A DNA stretch of 64,000 bases, taken from contig CDRNST010000027.1 of assembly GCA_977016875.1 (NCBI GenBank), positions 2,666,001 through 2,730,000 on the forward strand, written 5' to 3'. Positions 45,801-58,118 of the stretch are shown here, piece by piece. A model generated the notes under the pieces. The model had not been told where the DNA came from, did no database searches, and saw only the letters and a program-made list of their open reading frames with translations. The first letter of the stretch is position 1, and every line of letters begins with the position of its first letter. This stretch comes from Pavona decussata (taxonomy: Eukaryota). A program made the translations under genes and the position numbers.

Positions 45801-48800
45801 TTTTATTCCTGCATTTTATACCAATATCTCTGGCAAAATAAAACTTGACACTTTCTCTTAAATTCTGTTAAAAGGTCTTTCCTCATAGCAAAACATTCTA
45901 AAATGTAAATTGAGCTTCATGGGTGTCTCTGATTTTAAGATATTTATGTTTCGAGGTATCTTTAAAATGCCCCCACAGATATTTCTGTTAAATTACAAGC
46001 GGTTAGAGTAGGAATTCTTTTCAATATTCCTGCAAGTTTTAGGCTTAAGAACCGAAACCGATGTTAGACAAGAAGGCTGAATCTAGGACAAGTCTCAGTC
46101 GTTATTTGTTTTCTCTGAACAAGAGTTTTGTTTTGTTTGTCCGGGTCTATTTCATTGTTATTCACTTGCTGTGAATATATCTGGTTACGTGAAGTTGTGC
46201 AAAACGTAAACTTTACATCAATGTATGCTCCTGCTTCTTTAATCTTTAATCTTAATTGTGATTTTAATCTTTTCTCTTTAATCTTTAATCTTTGATCTTC
46301 AATTCTCGAGTCTTCCATTGTAAATTTTACATTTTGCACTACTTCACATTATTATAAATATTCAAAGCATGTCACGAATAGCAGCAAAAGCAGTCTGATT
46401 TACATCAGACTAAACCTTCTTCACCTCCTTTCAACAAACTAAAACAACCTATTTCATTCTTGCTTGTTTGGAATTCTCAGAAAAAAAAAATTCATGCTAT
46501 TCCAGGGTGTGGAAATTACAGGGAATTCAATCATAGGGTTTTCCTCAATACCAATCTATGCATTCCTGTTACAACCAATAGATTAAATTACATCATGTTT
46601 TTCCTCTATGTGTTACTAGGGACTGGTCGTCGACGAAATGCTCCTCGTAACTCATACAACAAGATGATCAATGGAGAAGACTCCTCCTCTTTACTTGCAC
46701 ATCTAAAGATCCAAGAGGACATAGAAGAGCGTGAACGTCGCCGGATTCGGGAGAAAGAAAAGAAGGAAGCTAATCTGGTTCTGCTTCAGGATTTAGCGGA
46801 ATGGGAAGAGAAAGAGCTTGGAGCTGACATTGTCAAACAACTGCACTCCATGTGGGAGGTAAGGGTTTAATTTGAAAAGGTTCTTTTAGAACTTGAGAGT
46901 TAGTGCATATTAGTAGACTAAGTGTTATTAGTATATACAGTAGTGTAGTGTAGTATGTAGTAGTAATTTTATTATTAGTATTTACCTTTAATAGTTTTAG
47001 AGTCACATTTTTAAGTTGTAACACAACCCTACAGGTAAGCTATTGCTTTGAGTTCTCATCATGTATAAATAAAAGTTATGGTATGGTATCTGAATTTAAA
47101 CCCTATGTTTTTTGGATGGGGTGTCTAATATACATGTATGTATTTCCATGAATTTCATCAAGACTTTAAACGGTTGAGCAAAAGTTTAGAGCCACTGGGG
47201 AAGATAGTTAATTTGGATATGGTCTTGAAGTTGGTAAAGGTTTTTTTCAAGTAGCTGGGCAAAGTCATATTTACAGACATTCAATTTGTCCAGTGTCCAG
47301 CTCTTAATGAAACCCCTGATACTGGCCAGTAGATTTAAAGGAGAGTAGGTTTGGCCCATGGGTATTATTTCAATGCTAAGTCACATCTCCCAATCACTCT
47401 TTGATGCAGTTCCCCTTTCATGATTCTGAAGCATTTGAACTTATGAGAAATGTATTATTTAGTGAGTGACCCAGGCATACTCAGAAAAAGGAAATCCAAG
47501 ACAGTGCTCCTATCAGAAGTTGAAGCTACAGTGTAAGACCTTCTGATTACTTGTCCGGATGCTTTACCACTGAGCTACAGGAGACTCGTGGGAGCTATTA
47601 AAAAGGCCATTTAACTAGGTTCTTGGATAAAAGATCCTGCATACTGCTAGGATTTGAATGTCAATGTGTTTGTCTTTTTTAATTACAGTATTCTGGCCTT
47701 CTCTCTTGTTAGTGCTAACTCTAAAATCTCCCTTACTTTATCCTCTCCACAGATTCCTTCACTGGCTGGCTTGTTATTTCTTTTAAAAGACTTGCTCTAC
47801 ATCCAAGACCTGAGCATCACTGAGCTTGAACTTGGTTTTGTTTATGCCAACAAGTCCTCATTACTGGCCAGAATATTCACTGCTCTCTTACTTACTCCAC
47901 ATCAGAGAAAGAGGTAAAAAATCACTTTTCTACTGGTAACAAAAGGTCCCATGAGTCAACAATATGAGATTGTGCATAACTGTCAATTTAGACTATGCTC
48001 AAATGCCGGTACCAAACTTTCACAGAACTGATAGAGAAGGGGGTAACTTTCTAAAGAAACGGTTGTGCTACATTGGTGGGGAGTGGAAATGAATGTTTGG
48101 TTTTATCAAATAGAGTTGATAACTAAAGCAAAGGTAATTTGCACACTGTAAAGAGATTGGAGCATTCACCCTTCCTCTGTACTCAAATCTCTTTACAGTG
48201 GCCAAATTATCTTAAGTTATCAACTCTGTTGATAAAATTAAACTTTCATTTCACAGAAATGAACTGTTTGTACAGCCTGTATTAGGTGTCCTAAATTGTT
48301 TGTTTGCTTTTTTTTCCTTTTCTTTTTTTTTTCTTTTATTTATTTATTTATTTATTTATTTTTTGTTCTGGTGTTATTATTAATTACTCTTACAAGAACA
48401 CTGGAAAGACAATTTCTTCACTGTTGGTAATATCATTTCTTTATTAATAAACTGTTTGGTTTATTATTAATAATAATTTTTTTTCTGGCCAGCTTGTTCA
48501 AGAAACCCCCAATGAAATTCAAAGTCTGGGAATCCAAGTTATGTGACAGAATGAGCATTTGGTTTAAAGCTACTGAGAAGGATGGGCAGGAATTGGTAAG
48601 AAAGAAACCTTCCAGACATTGTCAGTGATGAATGGAGAATTTCTATATTACTGTAGCTGACCAAAGTCAAAGAGGCAGTAAAATTTGTTTCTGTCAATTT
48701 TAAAGCTCTCAAATCATAGAGGAATTGAAAGTGGAAAGGCTCCCACACAGCAGATTTTTGAGTGTTTTAGGAAAGTAATACTAACAGTGCCCCTGGAGAA

Positions 48801-51800
48801 AAGCCTTGGGATGGTTGTTCAGTTAACTTTCATACAAGGAGACTCCACCCAGAAGTTCTCACCCTTTCCTTTCCACGCAACAACTTTACAGAAAGTTATT
48901 TCTTTCACATACCCCTTTCTTATACTGTACATCAAGGATAGCCAACAGGAAAATAAATAACTGTACCACCTCATAATGCCAGGTAAAACCAGGTTTTCAC
49001 TAGCGATGCAGGCACAGGTGCAAGCTTAGCAAAAGCGCAAGCATAAGTTAGAGTGCTTATTTCGCTGTCAAAATGGGCTCAATGCAAACATAAGCAAAAG
49101 CACAAATATGTAAGGACCGAAATTTTTCCTTTTCTTGTGCTTGTGCTTGCGTCAGTTTTGTTTCCACTTGACTTAAAGCTCTTGTGCTTGTGCTTGTGCT
49201 TGCGCCTGTGTTTGTGTCGCTTGTGAAAACCAGGCTTAATCAACAGTAATACTCTGTAAGTAATGATTATGGACAATAGCTTGAATGTGCACAAACAACG
49301 TCCCCAAAATTTGCGGTATGCACTTGAAAGTAGCGTGAAGAGTTGTCATGTGATTAAAGTCTGAGTTTGGTTTGGTAGGCACAGTACAAGTGATCAGATT
49401 GTTCCATCTTTTATTTTTGTAGACTTGTCATCAGTATGGCTTAGACATGGCTTTATTTGAGGTTTTGGGTGAGTTGAGTTGCTTTAAATTGTTTCATTTT
49501 AATAGAAGATTATGCATATGATTATATAGCTTATTAACTGATTTTGGTTTGGAAACAATTTGTCCGTAATAATACTCTAGTAAGTTGATAAATTTTACAC
49601 TAGTTGGCTTTTGGCTGGGACTCTCCTGGACAGTAATAATATTGATTCTTGCAGCATGATTCCTTCAAGTTTCTCTCCCTGAAAAAATGAATGATGTCAG
49701 TGTAGAACCTTTGCCATAGTTCTATTAATTTTTACAGGTGAAGTGAATCCTCTTTTGGAAAAGTCCTACATGGATCTAACCCTTCATCAACGAGTATGGA
49801 TTCTCAAATGTGTTTGTGACAACAGCCTGGTAAGTGACATTGTTTCCATAGAACGGTTGATAGGGCTCAGCATGAAAAGTGTGCAGTGCCAATTAAATTT
49901 AGAATCTCCTTGTAAACAAATGAGCTTTAGTTCAGCATACACACTGCATGGTTATCATGTGAGATCTGTTTGTGATATGTAACCTGTTGCTTTGCTGTAT
50001 TGAAGCTTACTTGGAGAAATTTGGATTCTAAGAGCTTATAATTTGCTCTTTTCCCTTCAAGCCATTCAAGGAGACCAACCCTGCCTGGAACCACTGACTC
50101 TCTGATTGAAAATCCAATTGAACATCCAGTGTGTTGTTACCTACACACAACTGCATGTCTTTACAATGTACAGCAGAACAAGACTTCATCTCATTGAATA
50201 TTCATTTTATTAATTAGTAATAGTGTATTCTTCTTTCACATTCACATCAGGTCAGGGACTATGATTTCCGTGAACATCTTTCCACCATTGCTGCAACTGA
50301 ACAAAGGGAACTGGTTTTGGGAAATGACGCCGATAGCTGGTCCTATCTGTACTTTCCTATCTTTTCGGCTACCGATTTGCGCATTTACAAGCAGTGTCCT
50401 TTGGAGGTTCCAACATTAAGCAAAAGAAAGAAAAAGGTATGTTTGTGTACTGGTAGCATACGTGTTAACACCATGCACACAATAAAATCTTAATACATTG
50501 ATGCAAGCCATTCATCATGTCTTACATATGAAGCTATGTCTCTATGCACATACAAAAACATTACAGGGAAAAAAAGGCTAAATTATACAGCTTTTTCTTT
50601 GCATTCAGGTGGCCCCACCCCCACCCCCTCCTCCAGCCGTGGTGAAAGCAAAAGTGACTCCAGCAAGGCCTGTCACACCCACTCAATCCCGGAGAAATAC
50701 AAGACTTAGAAAGGTAAGAGAGACATCACAATTCGGTGGCCTAGAAATCACCCAACTCCTTAGTAGGAGACTTTCCATGAGATGCAGCTTCAATTCTTGC
50801 AGAGTTTTATAAAAAGAACTTTTACGAAAAGAGAACTGCTAAGCCATAATATGATGTCAGTGCTCTTCATCTGCCGAAGTAGCCAGGGTTCTCACTCATT
50901 AATTAATTAATTTATTTATTTTATTTATTTTATTTAACAATTTGCCATAAGAGAGGTGAAAGAACAGTAGGACTCACAGTCCCTTTCCTGGTTCTCCTGT
51001 CCAAACCACCCCAATGAAAAAGACCTTACCCACCCAGCCCTGTTTTATAAACAAGTATTTAGAAATACAAAAAAATAGAAAGCAATATATCTAGTAGATA
51101 GACTACAAAGGTCGGGCAAATGCAGGAAAAATATGATTATGTATATATATTCCTGACAAAGGCAGATAGAAAATAGAACATATATGTTATGTACGAACTT
51201 ATCTGTCATAAGCGTTGCCATAATCATTGAGTACAGCAACGCTTAGGACAAATAAGTTTGTATGATCTTTTGTTGTCACCATCAAAAACAGTTTCTGAGC
51301 GCAGATGGAAAAATAACTTAAGTTTGCACAAATTTACAGACTGGCAGGTTTTTATATCATAAGGTACATAGTTCCACATTAATTATTGCAATATATTATA
51401 TTAAAGAAACAGTTTGTGAAACTTATTAGTTTTAGTTACAAGTTTGGGTGTCATGATAGCCTCTGGCCTGTATTGACAGCCCTGTTCTGCAGCCAAATCC
51501 CAATATTTCAGATCTAGGGTATCTGTAAGAGGAACCTCCTGTATTTAAAGTAACACTGAACAAATTTGTGGAAGATGGCTTAATTGTTAATTTATCACTG
51601 AACAAATTTGTGGAAGATGGCTTAATTGTTAATTTATCTTCTATAAGTTTGTCCAGTGTTACATAGCTTCATTCATCACTGTCTGAGTGTTTGTTTACAT
51701 TCCCTGCACATTGAGCTCATTAAATTGAAAGGTTTATTGTTTCCCTTTACGGTTTGAGTTATTGCTACGGACAGAACAGTAGTTAAAGGTTAAGTTGCAC

Positions 51801-54800
51801 TATGAGTTTAAGTGGCACACACAGCCAGGGCTTAACCTGGGTTTCTGTAGCATGCAGCAACTAGGAGTATTGTCAACCCCCCTAGAGGGGATGCTAGTCC
51901 ATCACAGGGTTATCCCTCAATGGTGAAGGGAGGCAATGTGAAGCAAAGTTCCTCATCTAGGGAATCAATGCAGCAATGAAGAGACAAACCTACAATCCTG
52001 GCCAAAATGTTCAGGATGGAGGCTTTGGTGGGCCGAGTAGACATGGTTCCATTCCCCACCCCCCCTCCCTGCAATGTTGATGAACAAAGAGGAATCTACG
52101 CCACCTGTGTGGCAACATTGAATATAGGGTGGGGGGATTACATCAATGAATGACATACAGCAAAGATGTTGATTCAGTAGAGGCAAAGTTTAGTGGGAAA
52201 AACATTCAAAAACAGCCAAGTGTCCCTAACTCACTTGGCCAGGATTGTAGCCTCAAACCACCGATCATCTGATCCAAAGTCCAACGTGCTAACCACTACA
52301 CCTTGCCTCCACATGGACAGAACCATAATACCATAAAACTCTCAATTTACACCCTTTGTTGGAGAGGGAGTTTTAATTATTATGAGAGGGAGTTACACAT
52401 TTCCAAATTTATTGAAACAATAAGTTTACACTAACAGTCCATGATCAGCTTATATTCAGGAAATTGTGTTTCTTATTGTTAGTGGGATTTTAGCATCTGA
52501 GATTTGGAGGGGGCTCATAATTATTATTTGGGATAATTTTGCAGTAAAAAATAAAATTACGTTTATGGTAAAGTAGAGTTAACTATTTAGCTCATTGTAG
52601 ATTGGTACATGTACATTTTTATCAGAACATTGCTGTCCATGCCAACGAGCAGCTTAACCTAATACCTTCTGATCACGATGAAGAACTGGTATTATACTGT
52701 TTTTTTGTTGTTGTTTTTTTTCCAACAAGAGCTCCTTTGTGTTAAGCAACACACAGACTGTGTACATAACATGACTTTGTTTAGCCTTTGGCTGAACAAG
52801 ACTGTTTTTTTTTGTTGTTCCATAATTTATTGATATTAAGTAATTCCTTTATCAGCTATAGTTGAGTTGTGTTTCTTTGCTGTTGCCTTTGTATGCACAC
52901 ATACCATTGTGTCTTAAAGCAGCTTGCTTCACATTAGTTTTGTCACCCTTATTTCATGCCAGGGTGCACCCAATCAACTAGTTCTATTAACTGCCAAAGA
53001 CTGGGTGACTGTCTTGTGTATTTTACATAAGCAATAAAGTCGTTAATTATGTTTAGTGCTGTTAGGAACTACTGTAGTCAAGAAATTCTACTGAACGCTT
53101 TAAATTTCTTCATGATTGTGTAGCTAAGAAATACCACACCATCACCTGAACCAGAGACCACTACTCCTCCGACACCACCACCTGCTGAAGAACAAGACCC
53201 ACCAGAGCCAAAGAACACAATTGCTGAAGGCTTTGAACTTGTTGCATATGATGTTGAAACCCTCAAAAAGCTTTGTGAGAAATTTGATGAGCCTTCCCCT
53301 CCCCCAAAGAAACGTGGAAGGAAGCCCAAACCCCCTCCCCCAAGGAAGCGATGTGAAGTTGAAATGCATCAAACTCTGTTAGCCTTGCTTGAGGAGTTGG
53401 AGAAGTACGAGATGTCATTCAGCAAGCTGCTGAGCAAGGCAAAGATTAAGATCATGAAGGAGAGTCAAGAACCTGAACCAGAGGATGAGCCAGGTAAGAG
53501 TGATCAACTTTTAACTTGTTCATATCGTATTTTATACTAGAAATATGTGACTCACAAAACCTCACGAAGCTAGGGCTGGGTGGAAAGCCCTCTTTACTGG
53601 TATTGTAGCATCAAATGAGGAGATTAAAAGGTTTCTGAACATGCAGGCAACCATTTTGATGAGCATGGTGTTTTCGTAGTTCCACAGGTTAGTTTGTGGT
53701 TGAAATCTATTTCTGACACTAGGAAATGTACAACGGGCGCGGCGTGCAGCGCTGTCGTGTTCGAAGAACTTATTTCTCACGGAAAATTATTTTACCGCGG
53801 CCACAAAACGTGTAATTTCTTCAATGCAATCTTTCCCAAAAAAAGATTTCTGGAAGAAAGGGAAAAGATTCTGCAGAGATATTTCCATCCAGTGAATATT
53901 GATGAATGTTGCAGTTGAAATTTGATCCGGCAATGAAAGCGAAACTTTCCCAATGTATGCAAATTTTGCTCCAATAAAGTGTGCCTGACGCTAGTCTGTC
54001 TCAACCTGTTACTGCCTAGCAACCTTATCTTTGTCTAACGTCATTCATACTTTGTCTTTCACTGTTGCCAGGCAACACGACGGACATCTTCAACGAAATA
54101 TATATACATACATACAGTCAACTCTCTCGTAAGCGACCACCCTTGGTGCATGACAAAGTGGTCGCTTACGGGAGGTGGTTGCTTACGGGAAAGATCAACA
54201 AACTAAGCCCAATACTGGATTGATTAATTAATTACATAAAAATATTACCTTAGCAGCTAAAATTAGGCAAATAGAAACTAATTTATTTGATTTTTTCAAA
54301 TCTATTCATTCTTCTGATGAAACTGTATAACATGGTTCATGCTTCATTTTGGAACAAATCACTGTAACAATTCCCGTTTACCTACAGATCTAATTATAGC
54401 CATCTTCTCTGTCTGTAAACTGTCGTTATCTGTCAGCAGTCTGGGGAAGCGTCATCAAAATTAACTATTGTCACTTTTGAGTAATGTTTTACAAGTGATC
54501 ATACGTGATTATGTTGGGTGGTCGCTTACCGGAAACAGAAAACAAAAGAATATGTGTAATTTCTGGCCTTAAAAGTGGTCGCGGTCCCTTAAGATATTTG
54601 AGTGGTGGTCGCTTACGAGAGAGCTCTTGAAACAGTATTTAACTGAGAAACAAAACGGTTGTTTACGAGGTGGTCGCTTACGGGAGGTGGTCGCTCACGA
54701 GAAGTGGTCGCTATGAGAGAGTTGACTGTATATATATATATAAAATAATATATTTTTCACTCGCATTCGCGCGGCTTAGTTCGGCTCGGCCCGACAAATT

Positions 54801-57800
54801 TATTAACCTCGCTTCGCGAGGAATTAGAAATATTTAGAATATGTAAAGCAAATGGCAGAAATGACCATGTGACCATGTTTAGCCTACATTTGTTGCTCGG
54901 CATTTTCAGTTTCTTAGTAAAATTGAGTAGTTTTGCGTTAAAATCAAAGGCCAGAATTATTCTGTACTATTCTCATCTAGGTACTCATTTATTCAAGAAA
55001 AGATAAAATATACAAATCTCATGTGTGTCGTAAACATGATTCTAAACTCTCTCTGTTGTCAAGCAGGCAGGTGATAAGAATCAAGAAAACCACCAAATGA
55101 ATAAATTTATTGTCTTGTGGTACAAAGATCTAACTTAAGAAACGGTCAATCAGAGGAAAAGAAAAGAAATAAACAAAATAAACAAGCAATGTATTTTATT
55201 CAGTTCTGTAATTGAGACATTATTTTTCAATAAGAATATACCAGAAAAGTTAGAATTCTAAGGTTACATTGATCAAACATTTCTATTATGTTCTCACAGG
55301 TGCATTATATCCCAAATTGGCACAAAAAAAATTGGATACAGAGATGCAGCTTGTCTACAAGCTTTCTTATTACTTTCACTCGGCACAGATCAATTCCTAT
55401 TGATTTACAAAGTGCAGAAAAACTGATATAAGAAAATCTGTTAACTTTTAAGTTCACTAATTTTGGTTATTTGGTTGGGAGAGTGTTCACATTCAGTGGC
55501 TTTTAAATTTATATTCTACAGAAGAGATCATTCCTACAGAAGAAGGAGAAGAGTGGGGCAGTGAAGAAAGCATTGGAGATGAAATCGAAGATGCTGGTGC
55601 TAAGAACATGTCAAGTGATGAAGATTTTGTTCTAGAAGATGAAGAGGGAAGAGCAGGCAAAACACCAACACCCATTGAAACAAAGGAAGACAGTGAGCCT
55701 GGCGAGAATAAGATAAACACAGGAACAGCAATTGTGTTTCCACAAAAAAGAAAAGCTGATGAAGCAAATGACGATGAGGAAAGTAAACAGCCTGCAGCAA
55801 GTGCACATATTGAGAATAACAATGATCCGTGCTCCATCTCCATTCAAACAGCTCCCCTGAAATTGAAGAAGAAGCGAAAGAAGTTGACACCAGTTACAGA
55901 TGTCAAAACCAGTTGCATCAGCCATGTGCCAGCAGGTTTGCAGACGGTCAAAGCAATTAAAGTAGCTAGTGTATCAGCATGTACTTCTGTTTCCTCTGTG
56001 AACACAAACACAGCTGCTGGTGGTTGTATTAAATCTGTGGCATCTGGTGGAGGTTTTGTAAGGGGATCTCAGGCTTCCACTAATGTCACACAAACAAACA
56101 CAAGCTCTGTGAGGATACATTCCAAACTCCCAGTCATCTTGAACAAATCAAGCTTGTCCACAGTGGCTAAGCCCAGTGCATCAGTAGCACTGCCAACATC
56201 TCATATCCAAAGCGTCACCACAGCTTCTGCCATCACAGCTTCTAAAAATATAACATCAGCAGCTACCAACATTAAGAATCTTTCATCAACAGCTACCACC
56301 ATTTCCTCTCCAAGTCTCCAATCCCAAGCTCATTTGACTGCGACAGTACCAGGTATTGGAAAGGTGATGTTTGTGACAAGCACTGGAGTACCATTACAAG
56401 TCTTGCAGGCGGTGCCTGTGTCGCAGCAGCCTTTGATTCAAGGAAAGACTGTTGTTTTGGGAAATTCCGTCAGATCATCTCCTTTATGTGTTGTCTCTTC
56501 ATCTTCATCTCATTCAACTACAACCAAGGTGTCGCAGCAGTCTTTAGTTCAAGGAAAGACTTTGAGCAGTGCTTTGCCCAAAAGCACTAATGTGTCATCT
56601 TCAGTATTTGTTTTGTCATCACCTTCATCGCTCTCATCACCAGCTGGAGTGACAGGTCCAGTGCAAGTCTTGAAAGCAGTGCCCACGTCACAGAAGCCTT
56701 TGGTTCAAAGTAAAGTTGTGAACACTGCCGCATCAGGAAGCACTAGTGGCTCATCTCAAGTGCCCTTGGTCTCTTCAACCTCATCACCCTCAACAGCAGC
56801 TGCATCAGTGCTTCCTAGCTCTTCACTTCCTGTTAAATCAACCACATCTGGATCTCAGCTGCCAAGCTCACCCGTTCATAAAGTTGTCATTTCTGCAACA
56901 CCCACAAATGTGGCTAATATATTGTCAACTGCTAAGCAAGCCAGTCATGTTGCTACCACAAGTGCATCATCACTCAACCCCTCTGTTATTTTAGTGCAGC
57001 GTCCAGGAACAGGAGGAGTTTTGCCATTAGCAGTCAAGGGAGGGACCATGGTCTTGCCTACCCCATCTGCCTCACAACAGGTGGTTGTTCTCGGACCTTC
57101 AAATGCACTGGCATCTTCTACCACCCCTGGAACAGGTATTTCTGTTTTGGGAAATACAAAGATTTCACAGACTGGACATGGGCATAAAGTAATTTTGTCC
57201 CCAAGCACCAATCCAACGGGGCAGAGCTTGCCACAATTGAAGCCAAAGACTACTTCCATTGCCACTGGCATCAAGCCATTTGTACAGGTGGCAATGTCTC
57301 CGATAGGAACCAAACCATCTGAACCTAAAACGACTGCTGTAGCTTTGGGAAACAAACCACTCACCACAACAACAGTGACAGCCTTGCCGACAGCCAAAGC
57401 ATCAACTACTACAGTGACTTTGGGAAGCAATTCAACAGTGTTGATGGCAAGCACTGCTGAGGCAAAGCCCACATGTACAACTTCACTTGCAGATAGTGCA
57501 AAAGTTGCTATGAGAGCAACAACATCTTCAGAGATTACAACTCCTAACAAACAGCCCACTAATGTGGAATCACATCATGTATGCAACACTGTAGTGCTTC
57601 ATTCAGTTACAAAAACTCTGACATCACTGTATGATACAGTAAAGGTGGAAGACAAACAAAAACTTTTAGCATTGTCACCAGACACAGACTTGAAGCAAAC
57701 CAAACTGATAAAATGTGAGGAGCCTTTGTTATCTTCAAAGACAATACCCTTGGACGAGAGCTGTGATTCAGGAAAGTTAGCTGGGAATGGCATTGAGAAT

Positions 57801-58118
57801 GAAGACAGTATAGGTTCAAAGGAAAAAGAACAAGATGACAAAAATTGTTCTGAACTTTTACTGGATTTAACATGTTATGAGACAAGTGTTAGTGACTCAG
57901 CAGGGTGTGAGGAGAGTGACGACTCTGCCCCGAATGGACTGCACCAAGATGTGAAAAAATCACCACTCACTGAAACAGATGTTAAACTATGCAATGGAGT
58001 TGCTTGTCTTGTGACTCACATCAACAGTGGTGAAGAAAAAAAACTTGATTCTGTGGAACAGAACCAAGCTGCAGTGGCTAACCAAACCTGCAATGGTGAT
58101 GCAGTAATTGAAAATTGA
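42564..58118 (+). CDS. BRD10: KIAA2026/BRD10-like bromodomain protein (Bromo-DDT-WHIM1/2/3-like, long low-complexity tail), 12 coding exons, ~1492 aa, complete
   Basis: Join 42564-42894, 44659-44827, 45339-45418, 46620-46858, 47753-47913, 48493-48595, 49423-49468, 49738-49829, 50251-50436, 50609-50713, 53124-53493, 55522-58118 (4479 nt, phases consistent). Peptides YEVQQGYRV, HWISKLGHKMEKILEQKLALL, VLGEVNPL and DLRIYKQ match KIAA2026 as recalled. Confidence 0.88.
44197..44343. mobile_element. Small MITE with TTAA-containing ends
   Basis: 21-bp inverted repeat CTTAAGCAGTGTTCCAGATAA. Confidence 0.75.
44659..44827 (+). CDS. BRD10: BRD10-like exon 2 (bromodomain C-half)
   Basis: YNSITEVIADIRLILENCYRYNG. 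Confidence 0.93.
45339..45418 (+). CDS. BRD10: BRD10-like exon 3
   Basis: SLRDKVSLEATMALKSDFISAVITGE; phase 2/1. Confidence 0.85.
46620..46858 (+). CDS. BRD10: BRD10-like exon 4
   Basis: TGRRRNAPR...EERERRRIREKEKKE...LHSMWE. Confidence 0.9.
47459..47656 (-). mobile_element. Second, decayed copy of the 8677-8878 tRNA-cassette repeat
   Basis: Reverse complement aligns along its length (caaatcctagcagtatgcagg...gagtctcctgtagctcagtggta...gagtatgcctg). Confidence 0.75.
47753..47913 (+). CDS. BRD10: BRD10-like exon 5 (DDT-like)
   Basis: IPSLAGLLFLLKDLLYIQDLSITELELG...LLARIFTALLLTPHQR. Confidence 0.9.
48493..48595 (+). CDS. BRD10: BRD10-like exon 6
   Basis: LFKKPPMKFKVWESKLCDRMSIWFKATEKDGQEL. Confidence 0.88.
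48987..49236. mobile_element. MITE with (GCTTGT)n subterminal repeats
   Basis: accaggttttcactagcga / tcgcttgtgaaaaccaggct; TAA flanks. Confidence 0.65.
49423..49468 (+). CDS. BRD10: BRD10-like exon 7
   Basis: TCHQYGLDMALFEVL G|gtgagt. Confidence 0.82.
49738..49829 (+). CDS. BRD10: BRD10-like exon 8 (WHIM1-like)
   Basis: EVNPLLEKSYMDLTLHQRVWILKCVCDNSL. Confidence 0.9.
50251..50436 (+). CDS. BRD10: BRD10-like exon 9 (WHIM2-like GxD)
   Basis: EQRELVLGNDADSWSYLYFPIFSATDLRIYKQ. Confidence 0.9.
50609..50713 (+). CDS. BRD10: BRD10-like exon 10 (proline-rich)
   Basis: VAPPPPPPPAVVKAKVTPARPVTPTQSRRNTRLRK|gtaaga. Confidence 0.85.
50900..51740 (-). mobile_element. Decayed CR1/L2-like LINE 3' fragment (contains 42-bp tandem duplication 51554-51637)
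   Basis: Minus frame MWNYVPYDIKTCQSVNLCKLKLF; (AAAT)n-like tail near 50900-50935. Confidence 0.5.
51990..52250. mobile_element. MITE nested in a SINE
   Basis: 16-bp TIR CTACAATCCTGGCCAA; a lone left end also occurs near 20900. Confidence 0.75.
53124..53493 (+). CDS. BRD10: BRD10-like exon 11 (WHIM3-like, AT-hook-like KKRGRKPK)
   Basis: GFELVAYDVETLKKLCEKF...KKRGRKPK...RCEVEMHQTLLALLEELEKYE. Confidence 0.88.
53535..54826 (+). mobile_element. Helitron/Helentron-like non-autonomous repeat (host of 54115-54728)
   Basis: Starts TACTAGAAAT, internal (TA)n, terminal hairpin CCTCGC-ttc-GCGAGG; related copy at 62998-63506. Confidence 0.5.
54115..54728. mobile_element. Tc1/mariner(pogo)-type MITE inserted in a (TA)n tract of a host repeat
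   Basis: TA|CAGTCAACTCTCTC...GAGAGAGTTGACTG|TA; repeated GGTGGTCGCTTACG motif. Confidence 0.88.
55522..58118 (+). CDS. BRD10: BRD10-like exon 12 (last; ~865 aa S/T/V/P-rich tail)
   Basis: ctacag acceptor in frame with the 836-aa ORF 55608-58118. Confidence 0.9.

Noticed and set aside
56945-57885. Antisense ORFs (also 28860-29354, 5823-6158)
   Set aside because: Shadows of long low-complexity coding exons
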